Assembly: GCA_963560005.1 (NCBI GenBank)
Contig: CAUWNG010000027.1
Span: 1 to 27,997 of the forward strand
Source: an uncultured Clostridia bacterium
Lineage (GTDB): Bacteria > Bacillota > Clostridia > TANB77 > CAG-508
DNA length: 27,997 nucleotides
Reading direction: 5' to 3'
Shown here: in pieces, positions 1 to 8,155 of the stretch
How positions within the stretch are numbered: position 1 is the first letter of the stretch
Layout: each line of letters starts with the position of its first letter
Position numbers and translations under genes: made by a program
Notes under the pieces: model-generated
Databases searched by the model: none
What the model saw: only the letters and a program-made list of their open reading frames with translations
Told to the model about the DNA's origin: nothing

Positions 1-270
1 TATGAATTTGCCAAATATCCTGATGAAACATTAGTCGTTTTTTCAGATATTAGAAAAAAAGAGAATGGAGAGGAATATATAAGGGTTTCTTTTGAAAGAC
101 CAACAGAAAATGGTTTTGATACTGTTGTTTTTGAACTTCCAAGTTATGAGATAGTAGAGCAAGAAGGAAATTACAGCGAAGAAGAAATAAAAGAATTTAG
201 AGAAACAGTTGAAAAAGGTGCACATCTATTCTTTAAATATGCAAGAGAAGGAGGACTTAAATTTGCCTAG
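1..270 (+). CDS. 3' end of a hypothetical protein, truncated at its 5' end by the window edge
   Basis: Frame 1 is open from base 1 to TAG at 268-270 (...YIRVSFERPTENGFDTVVFELPSYEIVEQEGNYSEEEIKEFRETVEKGAHLFFKYAREGGLKFA*). It is absent from the ORF track because it has no in-window start. The listed antisense ORF 43..225 is its shadow. No family recognised. Confidence 0.4.
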   Translation, partial: YEFAKYPDETLVVFSDIRKKENGEEYIRVSFERPTENGFDTVVFELPSYEIVEQEGNYSEEEIKEFRETVEKGAHLFFKYAREGGLKFA

Positions 271-284
271 TATTTTAGAAATAA

Positions 285-542
285 TGCGGATATAAAATTT
301 ATTTTTGGTCAAATGAAAATAGTGAGCCTATTCATATTCATATTTCAAAAGGAAAGCCAACACCAAATTCAACAAAGGTATGGTTAACTAAAAGTGGAGG
401 TTGTATTTTGGCTAACAATAATGGGCACATTCCTGAAAGAGAATTAAATAGATTACTTGAAATAGTACCATTATATTATTTAAAAATCGTTTCAAAATGG
501 AGAGAAAAATATGGAAACGATGAAGTGAAATTTTATTGTTAG
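285..542 (+). pseudogene. DUF4160-like small protein lacking a usable start codon (possible 5' frameshift)
   Basis: My own translation is open from 285 to TAG 540-542: CGYKIYFWSNENSEPIHIHISKGKPTPNSTKVWLTKSGGCILANNNGHIPERELNRLLEIVPLYYLKIVSKWREKYGNDEVKFYC*. The 'KIYFxxNExxEPxHIHI' pattern resembles DUF4160-type proteins (recognised from memory). There is an in-frame TAA at 282-284 and no ATG/GTG/TTG near the 5' end. The only nearby ATG (284) is in another frame and reads MRI*. Confidence 0.4.
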
Positions 543-626
543 TAATAAAAATGATAAATGATAGTGGAATATATTGAAGAACGATGAAGCAGGATTCAAT
601 TTATGTAGTAGGGGGAAAAGATAAGT

Positions 627-1841
627 ATGAAGGCTAAAACCGTTGCTGTTGTAGAAATAAATTTGGTACTACAAAAACAATTCAAAGATATATTTGACGA
701 TGGATTTGAAGTAGATTCTATAATTAAAAATATTTCTTTAAGAGATCCTAGTTTAGAATTTATAACAGGAGATACATTAATATTTTTCGATGAAATACAA
801 GATTGTATTAATTGTGCGACTTCTCTTAAGGCATTTAATCAAGATAGAAGGTATGATGTTATATGTTCTGGTTCTCTTATGGGGATTAACTATAATGAAA
901 TTGAGCCAAATAGCGTTGGAAATAAAGAAGATTACGAGATGTATTCAATGGACTTTGAAGAATTTCTTTGGGCAAAAGGATATAAAGAAGATCAAATAGA
1001 AGGTTTGTATAGTAATATGAAAACATTAACTCCTTTTTCTACAACGGAACTTTCTGTAATGTTTAATAATTTTAAAGAATATATGATAATCGGAGGAATG
1101 CCTGCAATTGTTAATTCTTTTGTAAAAAATAATAATTATAGTGGAACATTAAAAATGCAAAAACAGATATTACAAGACTATGAAGAAGATATAACTAAAT
1201 ATACAGGTGGATTAAATCATGGTAGAATTCTAAATGTTTATAGAAAAATACCTGTATTTTTGGGAAATGAAAATAAAAAATTTCAAATTTCAAGAGTTGA
1301 GAATGGAGCACGAAGCAGAGAATATATTGGGACTATAGATTGGTTAAATAATGCAGGGATTATTAATATTTGTTATTGTTTGGAACAGCCAGAATTGCCA
1401 TTAGGAGGGAATTTTAAACCAGATAATTATAGGATTTATTTTAGAGATACTGGACTTTTGATAGGATCTTTAGACGAAGAAGCACAAGAAGATTTAAGAA
1501 ATAATAAAAACTTTAATACTTATAAAGGAGCTATTTATGAAAATGTTGTTGGAGATATGCTTGTAAAACAAGGATATAAATTGTATTTTTATAAAAATGA
1601 AAAAGGTACAATAGAGATGGATTTTTTTGTAAGAGATAAAGATTCATTAATTCCAGTTGAAGTAAAAGCAAACGATGGAGCAACTATTTCTCTAAATAAT
1701 TTAATAGACAGTGAAAAATATAAGGATATTAAATATGGAATAAAATTTGGATATAAAAATATAGGATTTAATGGTAAATTTTATACTTTTCCATATTTTC
1801 TAACATTTCTTTTGAAAAGATACTTAAAAGAGCGTATATAA
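627..1841 (+). CDS. AAA+ ATPase of the AAA_14/DUF4143 type, N-terminally truncated (Walker A region missing)
   Basis: 404-aa ORF. Walker B-like 'TLIFFDEIQDC' and 'MYSMDFEEFLWAKGY' are typical of DUF4143-family ATP-binding proteins, but no GxxxxGK[ST] lies upstream of them. An in-frame TAG at 609-611 precedes the ATG. Confidence 0.7.
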   Translation: MKAKTVAVVEINLVLQKQFKDIFDDGFEVDSIIKNISLRDPSLEFITGDTLIFFDEIQDCINCATSLKAFNQDRRYDVICSGSLMGINYNEIEPNSVGNKEDYEMYSMDFEEFLWAKGYKEDQIEGLYSNMKTLTPFSTTELSVMFNNFKEYMIIGGMPAIVNSFVKNNNYSGTLKMQKQILQDYEEDITKYTGGLNHGRILNVYRKIPVFLGNENKKFQISRVENGARSREYIGTIDWLNNAGIINICYCLEQPELPLGGNFKPDNYRIYFRDTGLLIGSLDEEAQEDLRNNKNFNTYKGAIYENVVGDMLVKQGYKLYFYKNEKGTIEMDFFVRDKDSLIPVEVKANDGATISLNNLIDSEKYKDIKYGIKFGYKNIGFNGKFYTFPYFLTFLLKRYLKERI

Positions 1842-1855
1842 ATGCGCTCTTTTTA
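1826..1855 (+). terminator. Rho-independent terminator after the ATPase gene
   Basis: AAAAGAGCG (1826-1834) and CGCTCTTTT (1845-1853) form a 9-bp stem spanning the stop codon, followed by a T-run. Confidence 0.6.
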
Positions 1856-2049
1856 TGTACTTTTTACAGAATTTTACTAGTGGATATGTTTGAAATATAA
1901 GAATTTGATTTAAGCAAAAATCCAATATTAAGAAGGGAATTTCTCAAAGATTCAAAAAGTTAAATTTCATTAAATTATATATTGTATATTTTATTTAAAT
2001 TATATTATAATATATAGAAAGATTAAGTATATTGAAAGGAATGAAAATA

Positions 2050-3300
2050 ATGAAATATATAAAAAAAGATATAAAGGAAGGTATTACTTTACATTTAATT
2101 GAAACAAATAAATTTAAAACAAATTTATTTGCAATATATTTGGCTGTTCCGTTAAAAAAAGAAACAGCTACAAGTAATGCACTTTTAACAGCTGTATTAA
2201 AAAGGGGAACTGCTAATTTACAATCACAAGAGCTAATAAGCAAAAAAATGGAAGAAATGTATGGAGCAAGCTTCGATTTTGGAGTAGATAAAAATGGAGA
2301 TATGCAAATTATTAAATTTTATTTAGAAACAATAAATGAACAATTTTTGCCTGAAAAGGAAAATTTAAATAAAAAAACAATTGATTTATTAATGGATTTT
2401 ATTTTTAATCCATTAATAGAAAACAATTCTTTTAAAAAAGAATTTGTAGATAGTGAAAAGAAAAATTTAAAACAAATAATAGAAGCTAAAAAAGATAACA
2501 AAATTAAATATTCATTAGATAGATGTATAGAAGAAATGTATAAAGGAAAGTCTTATGGTATATATAAATATGGATGTATAGAGGATTTGGAAAAAATTGA
2601 TGAAAAAAGTTTATATGAACAATATAAAAAAGTGGTTTCAGATGCTAAAATAGACATATTTTGTTCAGGCGAAAATATTAATGTGGAAGAAAATATTATT
2701 AAAAGACTAGAGAATATAGACAAAAGAAAAATAGATATTATAGTTGATAATGAATTAACTTCTAAAGAGGTAAAAAATATAGAAGAAAAAATGCAAGTAA
2801 ATCAAGGAAAATTAGTTATTGGTTTAAAAGTGGATAGTAATTTGGAAAAATATAAATTTATTTCTTCTGTGTATAATGCTATTTTAGGAGGGGGAGCAAA
2901 TTCTAAATTGTTCCAAAACGTAAGAGAAAAGGAAGGATTAGCATATTCTGCTGCTTCAAATTTTATAAGAATAAAAGATAGTATTTTTATAAGATGCGGA
3001 ATAGAAATAGATAAATTTAATAAGGCTGTAGAAACAATAAAACAGCAGTTAGAAGATATAAAAAATGGAAATTTTACAGAGGAAGATATAAATAGTGCAA
3101 AAAAACTAATTACTTCATCAATGAAAAGCATATCAGAAGAGCAAGACGCAGAAATAACATATTATTATGGTCAAGAATTAAGTGAGGAGTATAATTCGTT
3201 AGATGAGTATATAGAAAAAATAAATGAAGTAACAAAAAACGAAATTATAGATTTGGCGAAAGATGTAAATATAAATACAATATATTTTTTAAGAGATTAA
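2050..3300 (+). CDS. M16 (pitrilysin/insulinase) family protein, non-catalytic type (no HxxEH)
   Basis: The ORF-track frame is 2032..3300. ATG at 2050 is preferred because GAAAGGA at 2034-2040 sits 9 nt upstream; TTG 2032 and ATG 2041 are alternatives. Its size and its pairing with the next M16 gene fit the family. 'ALLTAVLKRGT' occupies the position of the zinc motif, so it is likely an inactive partner subunit. Confidence 0.75.
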   Translation: MKYIKKDIKEGITLHLIETNKFKTNLFAIYLAVPLKKETATSNALLTAVLKRGTANLQSQELISKKMEEMYGASFDFGVDKNGDMQIIKFYLETINEQFLPEKENLNKKTIDLLMDFIFNPLIENNSFKKEFVDSEKKNLKQIIEAKKDNKIKYSLDRCIEEMYKGKSYGIYKYGCIEDLEKIDEKSLYEQYKKVVSDAKIDIFCSGENINVEENIIKRLENIDKRKIDIIVDNELTSKEVKNIEEKMQVNQGKLVIGLKVDSNLEKYKFISSVYNAILGGGANSKLFQNVREKEGLAYSAASNFIRIKDSIFIRCGIEIDKFNKAVETIKQQLEDIKNGNFTEEDINSAKKLITSSMKSISEEQDAEITYYYGQELSEEYNSLDEYIEKINEVTKNEIIDLAKDVNINTIYFLRD

Positions 3301-3322
3301 AGGAAAGGATTGAATAATTTAT

Positions 3323-4591
3323 ATGAAAATGATTGAAAGTTCAATTATAAAAGAAAAAGCTTATATAGAAAAGCTAGAAAATGGATTAACAGTTATAATT
3401 GTACCTAAGAACTATACAAATAAGAAATATATAATATGGGGAACTCATTTTGGATCAATAGATAACAAATTTATAGTACCTAATACTAAAGAAGAAATAT
3501 CCATACCAGATGGAGTTGCTCACTTTTTAGAACATAAAATGTTTGAACAAGCAAATGGAACAAATAGTTTAGACACATTAATGGCGTTAGGGCTAGATGC
3601 TAATGCATATACAACTAATGATCATACAGCATATTTATTTGAATGTACAGATAATTTTTATGAAGGATTAGATGAATTAATGGATTATGTTCAAAATCCA
3701 TATTTTACAGAACAAAATGTAGAAAAAGAAAAAAATATAATAGCACAAGAAATAAAAATGTATGATGATGATCCAGCATGGCAATTATATATGAATACTA
3801 TGGAATGTATGTATAAAGAAAATCCAGTAAAAATTGATATAGCAGGTACTGTAGAATCAATTAATAAAATAACTCCAGATATTTTATATAAATGTTATAA
3901 TACTTTTTACCATCCTTCTAATATGGTACTTACAGTATGTGGAGATTTTAACCCAGAAAATTTATTAGAAGAAATAAAGAAAAGACTTATTAAAAAAGAA
4001 AATATTGGAGAAATAAAAAGAATATATCCTAAAAAAGAAGAAAAAATAAATAAAGAAATTTTAGAAAAGAAAATGGGAATAAGTACACCTATATTTATGA
4101 TTGGATATCAAGATATTGTATTACAACCAAAAGATATAGTAAAAAGGCATATTGCAATAGATATATTGCTAAATATGTTATTAGGAGAAAGTTCAGATTT
4201 ATATAAAGAATTTTACGAAACAGGTATCTTATTATCAAGACCAGATTTAGACTATGAATTTAGTCAAATTTATGCTCATGTATTAGTTTCCGGACAATCA
4301 AAAGAACCTAAGACAATATATACTAAATTACGAAAAAAGGTAAATGAATATAAAACTAATGGATTAGATAATGACCATTTTGAAAGAATAAAAAAGAAAA
4401 TATATGGAGATTATGTAGCAGAATATAATAGTGTAGCAAATATTGCTAGAATGTTTATGGCAGATAAAATAAAAGAAATAAACAGTTTTGACTATATAGA
4501 AGAATTTAAAACAGTAAATAAAAATTATGTAGAAGAAGTATTAAATAATATATTTAAAGAGGAAAGTATGGTACTATCTATAATATATTAA
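3323..4591 (+). CDS. M16 family zinc metallopeptidase (catalytic, HxxEH present)
   Basis: 422-aa ORF. 'GVAHFLEHKMFEQANGT' contains the inverted zincin motif HFLEH. It is adjacent to and co-directional with its paralogous partner. Confidence 0.85.
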   Translation: MKMIESSIIKEKAYIEKLENGLTVIIVPKNYTNKKYIIWGTHFGSIDNKFIVPNTKEEISIPDGVAHFLEHKMFEQANGTNSLDTLMALGLDANAYTTNDHTAYLFECTDNFYEGLDELMDYVQNPYFTEQNVEKEKNIIAQEIKMYDDDPAWQLYMNTMECMYKENPVKIDIAGTVESINKITPDILYKCYNTFYHPSNMVLTVCGDFNPENLLEEIKKRLIKKENIGEIKRIYPKKEEKINKEILEKKMGISTPIFMIGYQDIVLQPKDIVKRHIAIDILLNMLLGESSDLYKEFYETGILLSRPDLDYEFSQIYAHVLVSGQSKEPKTIYTKLRKKVNEYKTNGLDNDHFERIKKKIYGDYVAEYNSVANIARMFMADKIKEINSFDYIEEFKTVNKNYVEEVLNNIFKEESMVLSIIY

Positions 4592-4765
4592 TAAAATATT
4601 AATATTAAAGAATATTGTCTAAAAAACTTGTTGATTTTTGTAAAAAATAATATAATTATAAAATATAAAAATAAAAGTTAAAGCATATTGAAAAATAAAG
4701 AACTAAAACAAAGAAAAATGTCGTACGAAAATGCTTGAAAACACTGTAAAATAAAGCAAAAAGAA

Positions 4766-4794
4766 TTGACTAACATGTAAAATTATGGTATTTT
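4766..4794 (+). promoter_or_regulatory. Putative sigma-A type promoter for the spo0E-like gene
   Basis: TTGACT (4766-4771), a 17-nt spacer, then TGg-TATTTT (TG at 4786-4787, hexamer at 4789-4794). The -10 hexamer is weak. Confidence 0.3.
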
Positions 4795-4839
4795 AAATAT
4801 ATACAAAAGAAAAATAAAACGAAAAAGGAGAGTGTATGT

Positions 4840-5022
4840 ATGTTAAATGATGAAATTTGTAAATTACGTGAGAAATTAAACGATAGCATAATTAGTGGGC
4901 AAGATTATAGTGTAACATATAAAATTAGTGTAGAATTAGATGAATTGATAGCGAAATATTACAAAAAAGATACAAATAAAAAGAAAAATAAATCAGAAGA
5001 AACAATTTCAACAATAAAATAA
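4840..5022 (+). CDS. Spo0E-family aspartyl-phosphate phosphatase-like protein
   Basis: 60-aa ORF with AAGGAG upstream. 'ICKLREKLN...VTYKISVELDELIAKYY' matches the Spo0E helical hairpin signature (SQELDxLI-type motif). Confidence 0.7.
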   Translation: MLNDEICKLREKLNDSIISGQDYSVTYKISVELDELIAKYYKKDTNKKKNKSEETISTIK

Positions 5023-5040
5023 AAAAATATTATAAATTTT

Positions 5041-5092
5041 AAAGACATGTTTATGACCAATAAAATTGGCCAGTGCAAAACGTGTCTTTTTT
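5041..5092 (+). terminator. Terminator-like structured hairpin after the spo0E-like gene
   Basis: AAAGACATG (5041-5049) pairs with CGTGTCTTT (5081-5089, one G-U pair). An inner CCAAT/ATTGG sub-hairpin is present, and the stem is followed by TTTTTT. Confidence 0.5.
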
Positions 5093-5102
5093 GTTTGCTT
5101 AA

Positions 5103-5140
5103 ATTACAGAATTGTTACGTTTCTGTTACATTTGTGTTAA
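5103..5140 (+). promoter_or_regulatory. Four direct (G)TTAC(A)-type repeats at an exact 11-bp period upstream of the pilin operon promoter
   Basis: ATTACA at 5103, GTTACG at 5114, GTTACA at 5125, GTTAA at 5136. The array ends 27 bp upstream of the -35 element. Confidence 0.3.
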
Positions 5141-5166
5141 AAAATGTCTATATAAAAATATAATAC

Positions 5167-5195
5167 TTGAAATTTGAAAAAAAGTCAGTTATAAT
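5167..5195 (+). promoter_or_regulatory. Sigma-A type promoter of the T4SS-like operon
   Basis: TTGAAA (5167-5172), a 17-nt spacer, TATAAT (5190-5195). AGGAGG at 5215-5220 precedes the ATG at 5226. Confidence 0.55.
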
Positions 5196-5225
5196 ATAAT
5201 TGATAGTATACATTCAGGAGGAGAT

Positions 5226-5597
5226 ATGATAAAAAGGCAAAAATTATTTTTAATTGTAAATATAATCCTTTTTATTTGCGTTTTTATGTTACCAAATTTT
5301 GTACATGCTATTAATCCAGAAGATTATGATCCAAGCAAGAAACCAATTAGTGGAACAGCAGTAGATGAAATAACAGGTAAAGCTAATAACATAATTGGAA
5401 TAATTACAACAGTGGGTATAGTTATTTCGGTAATAACAATGATTATATTAGGGTTAAAATATATGATGGGTAGTGTAGAAGAAAAAGCAGAATACAAAAA
5501 AACTATGATTCCTTATATAATAGGTGTAGTATTTATAGTAGCTATTTCTACAATAGTATCTATAATAGCAAATATGGTAGAAAGTTTAAATAAATGA
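5226..5597 (+). CDS. VirB2/TrbC-topology pilin-like conjugal transfer protein, paralog 1
   Basis: 123 aa. It has a signal peptide ending in VHA, a short exposed segment, then two hydrophobic helices separated by the charged loop KYMMGSVEEKAEYKKTM, which is the classic T4SS pilin topology. Confidence 0.7.
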   Translation: MIKRQKLFLIVNIILFICVFMLPNFVHAINPEDYDPSKKPISGTAVDEITGKANNIIGIITTVGIVISVITMIILGLKYMMGSVEEKAEYKKTMIPYIIGVVFIVAISTIVSIIANMVESLNK

Positions 5598-5605
5598 GGT
5601 TTTAT

Positions 5606-6025
5606 ATGAAAATATTAAAATACATAACAATAATTATAACTACAATATTTTTATTATCTAGTATTCATATTGTAAAAGCAGTAGCACAAGATGATTCTCA
5701 ACAAACAGATGGAGGAGCAACTTCAGATACAACAGTTAGTACTATAATATCTGGAGCAGATGATTTTTTAGGTAGTGGAAAAGAAGATGTACTACCAGAA
5801 GATAATATAAAAAATATGTCTAATATTATTTACAATACACTATTAATTATTGGAATAGTTATAGCAGTAATTATAGGATTATTTTTGGGAATACAGTTTG
5901 TTACAGGAAGTGTAGAACAGAAAAGCAAAATAAAAGAATCCTTAATTGCATACACCGTAGGATGTATAATAATATTTGGAGCTTTTGGAATATGGAAAAT
6001 AGTGGTTAATATTTTACAAGCATAA
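5606..6025 (+). CDS. VirB2/TrbC-topology pilin-like protein, paralog 2 (divergent)
   Basis: The ORF-track frame is 5594..6025. ATG 5606 is preferred because GAGG at 5596-5599 sits 6 nt upstream. It has a signal peptide (..IVKA), an acidic/Thr-rich exposed segment, and two TM helices separated by the loop 'TGSVEQKSKIKES'. Confidence 0.6.
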   Translation: MKILKYITIIITTIFLLSSIHIVKAVAQDDSQQTDGGATSDTTVSTIISGADDFLGSGKEDVLPEDNIKNMSNIIYNTLLIIGIVIAVIIGLFLGIQFVTGSVEQKSKIKESLIAYTVGCIIIFGAFGIWKIVVNILQA

Positions 6026-6098
6026 TAACAGATTTTAAAATTATCTCATAAAAGAGATATATATTATATATAATATATAAAAAGAAAGGACGGGTATT

Positions 6099-6482
6099 AT
6101 GAAAAAAGCAGTTAATGTATTAAGAGTACTATTAATAGTTTTAATACTAATTTCAATAGGCACAACAATTTGTAGTGCATCTGGAATTAATCCAGGAGAA
6201 ATAGCAGGTGGATTAACAGGAACTTCAACTCCAGCTACAGAAGACATTACTAATATAGGAAATAAATTAATTGGTATAATAACAACAGTTGGTGTTGTTG
6301 TTGCAGTTATTGTACTACTAATTTTAGGTATTAAATATATGATGGGAAGTGCTCAAGAAAAAGCAGAATACAAAAAAACTATGATACCTTATTTAGTAGG
6401 AGCTTTATTAATATTTGGAGCTTCTGCAATTACAATGGTTGTAGTAAATGTAGCATCTGGTTTAACAAATACAAATGGATAA
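6099..6482 (+). CDS. VirB2/TrbC-topology pilin-like protein, paralog 3
   Basis: 127 aa with a signal peptide (..CSA). The core 'LIGIITTVGVVVAVIVLLILGIKYMMGSAQEKAEYKKTMIPYLVG' is nearly identical to paralog 1. The DNA segment 6271-6401 parallels 5395-5525 (offset 876), including an identical 29-mer GAAAAAGCAGAATACAAAAAAACTATGAT (5481-5509 and 6357-6385). Confidence 0.7.
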   Translation: MKKAVNVLRVLLIVLILISIGTTICSASGINPGEIAGGLTGTSTPATEDITNIGNKLIGIITTVGVVVAVIVLLILGIKYMMGSAQEKAEYKKTMIPYLVGALLIFGASAITMVVVNVASGLTNTNG

Positions 6483-6511
6483 TATTACAACAATATTACA
6501 AAAATATTACA
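6481..6511 (+). repeat. Three perfect AATATTACA direct repeats at an 11-bp period
   Basis: AATATTACA occurs at 6481-6489, 6492-6500 and 6503-6511. The array starts within the pilin-3 stop codon and lies just upstream of the terminator. Confidence 0.8.
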
Positions 6512-6520
6512 TTATTATTA

Positions 6521-6550
6521 AAAGTGCATAAAAATGCACTTTTTTTTTGT
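6521..6550 (+). terminator. Rho-independent terminator/attenuator after the three pilin genes
   Basis: AAAGTGCAT (6521-6529), a 4-nt loop, ATGCACTTT (6534-6542), then a T-run to 6548. Confidence 0.75.
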
Positions 6551-6556
6551 TTTTTA

Positions 6557-6585
6557 TTACAATTTGTGATATTTTTTGATATAAT
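6557..6585 (+). promoter_or_regulatory. Putative internal promoter (extended -10) for the T4SS machinery genes
   Basis: TTACAA (6557-6562), a 17-nt spacer including TG at 6577-6578, then TATAAT (6580-6585), giving TGaTATAAT. Confidence 0.45.
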
Positions 6586-6627
6586 AATTATTAAGTATAA
6601 ATGGGTACAAAAGAAAGGAGTTATAGG

Positions 6628-6972
6628 ATGGGAACATACAATTTGCCTAGAAATGTAAAAGGTGAAGGAAGAATATTATTTATATTTTCAAGTAAAAGTT
6701 TTTTATACACTATAATAGGTGGAGCAGTAGGTTTATTATTTTATTTATTTTTTTCTATTATGAATTTATATATGGTAGGTATAGGATTTGTAATAGCATT
6801 TGCAATAATAGGTTTTGCAATAGGTACTTTTAAAGTACCAGAAATTTCAAAATTCGAATTTACAAGAAAAACAGGTGGAGAAAATATAGATGATGTTATA
6901 AAAAGAGCATTAAAATTTAGAAGAAACGGAAGAAAAATTTATGTATATAAGGAGGGCAAAAATAATGAATGA
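6628..6972 (+). CDS. PrgI-family / VirB3-like small membrane protein
   Basis: The ORF-track frame is 6601..6972. ATG 6628 is preferred because AAAGGAG at 6614-6620 sits 7 nt upstream. N-terminal 'YNLPRNVKGEGRILF' followed by two TM helices fits PrgI-like proteins. Its position immediately upstream of VirB4-type genes is typical. Confidence 0.6.
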   Translation: MGTYNLPRNVKGEGRILFIFSSKSFLYTIIGGAVGLLFYLFFSIMNLYMVGIGFVIAFAIIGFAIGTFKVPEISKFEFTRKTGGENIDDVIKRALKFRRNGRKIYVYKEGKNNE

Positions 6973-8155
6973 TATACTAACTATAGCACTTATAATAGTT
7001 TTATGTATAATGTTTGTGCTTTTAACAGTATTAATAATAGTTGCTGTAAATTCTAAGAAAAAAGAGAACTATAGAGAGAGTTCAAATAAAGAAAAAACAG
7101 TAGCCGTAGAAACACCAACTAAGACATATCAGGTAGAATCTGTGTTTGATTTTATGGAGTTTGATAAAATTGAAGACAATATGATTTGCATAAAAAATGG
7201 AACTAAATATGTAATGGTAGTTGAATGTCAAGGTATAAATTATGATTTAATGTCTGAAATGGAAAAAAATAGTGTTGAAGAGGGCTTTGTACAATTCTTA
7301 AATACATTAAGACATCCTATACAAATATATACACAAACAAGAACAATAAATTTGGAAAGTAGTATTCAAACATATAGAGCCAAAATACATGAAATAGAAG
7401 AAGATTTAAATAAACAAAGACAAAAATATAACCAGATGGTTGCTTCTGGTAGATATACAAAAGAACAATTGGATAAAGCATTATTCGAATTAACAAAACA
7501 AACTAATTTATATGAATATGGGAAAGATATAATTTTTACAACAGAAAAAATGAGCTTAAATAAAAATGTATTAAACCAAAAATATTATGTGGTTATACCA
7601 TATTATCCAGAAGACTTAGGACAAAATAATTTTGATAAAGAAGAACTTAAAAATTTAGCTTTTTCAGAATTATATACAAGGGCACAATCAATTGTTAGAA
7701 CATTGGCAGTTTGTGGAATAAATGCAAAAGTATTAGATTCAAATGGCTTAGTAGATTTACTATATGTAGCATATAATAGAGATGATGCAGAAATTTATGG
7801 AATTGATAAAGCTATTAGAGCAGGATATGATGAATTATATTCAACAGCACCAGATGTATTAGATAAAAAAATGAGAGAATTAGATAGAAAAATAGCAGAA
7901 GAAGCTTTTGAAAAAGCTAATAATAAAGTAATAGAAGCAAAATCAGATAAAGAAAAAGAATTAATGAAAAAAGAAGAATCAATGGATGATTTAATTTCAC
8001 AAATGGCAAGATTAATTATTGAACAAAATAAAACTATTGTAGGTGAAGATATTGCAGAACGTGCTATTGAAAAAGTAAATAATGAAGAAAAAAAGAAAAG
8101 GGGAAGAAAAAGAAAAGAAGTTAGTGTAAAAGGAGGTACGAAAGAGAATGTTTAA
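6965..8155 (+). CDS. N-terminally membrane-anchored T4SS protein; the soluble part resembles a VirB4 N-terminal (non-ATPase) domain plus a coiled coil
   Basis: The ORF-track frame is 6941..8155. ATG 6965 is preferred because AAGGAGGG lies upstream and the start overlaps the prgI-like stop. It has one TM helix (ILTIALIIVLCIMFVLLTVLIIVAV) and no P-loop. The segment 'YVMVVECQGINYDLMSEMEKNSVEEGFVQFLNTLRHPIQIYTQTR' parallels the N-domain of the next ORF ('YARSFFVSALPRMCTFPELF...NTSIYINPIPESR'). Confidence 0.45.
   Translation: MNDILTIALIIVLCIMFVLLTVLIIVAVNSKKKENYRESSNKEKTVAVETPTKTYQVESVFDFMEFDKIEDNMICIKNGTKYVMVVECQGINYDLMSEMEKNSVEEGFVQFLNTLRHPIQIYTQTRTINLESSIQTYRAKIHEIEEDLNKQRQKYNQMVASGRYTKEQLDKALFELTKQTNLYEYGKDIIFTTEKMSLNKNVLNQKYYVVIPYYPEDLGQNNFDKEELKNLAFSELYTRAQSIVRTLAVCGINAKVLDSNGLVDLLYVAYNRDDAEIYGIDKAIRAGYDELYSTAPDVLDKKMRELDRKIAEEAFEKANNKVIEAKSDKEKELMKKEESMDDLISQMARLIIEQNKTIVGEDIAERAIEKVNNEEKKKRGRKRKEVSVKGGTKENV

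Noticed and set aside
790-999. A 69-aa + strand ORF nested in another frame of the ATPase gene.
   Set aside because: It is fully contained in the 404-aa ORF, which has family-typical motifs. It has no RBS and its composition is implausible.
5040-5225. Search for att-like direct repeats or a tRNA target at the borders of the T4SS-like cluster (left border here, right border 19576-19628).
   Set aside because: Reading both border regions by eye revealed no shared repeat of 10 nt or more and no tRNA-like sequence. Both borders are ordinary terminator/promoter regions. An exhaustive computational repeat search was not possible.
5594-5605. The ATG at 5594 (overlapping the pilin-1 stop as ATGA) as the start of pilin paralog 2.
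   Set aside because: It is possible through translational coupling. However, ATG 5606 has a properly spaced GAGG and gives a more typical signal peptide (MKILKY...). The choice does not affect the functional call.
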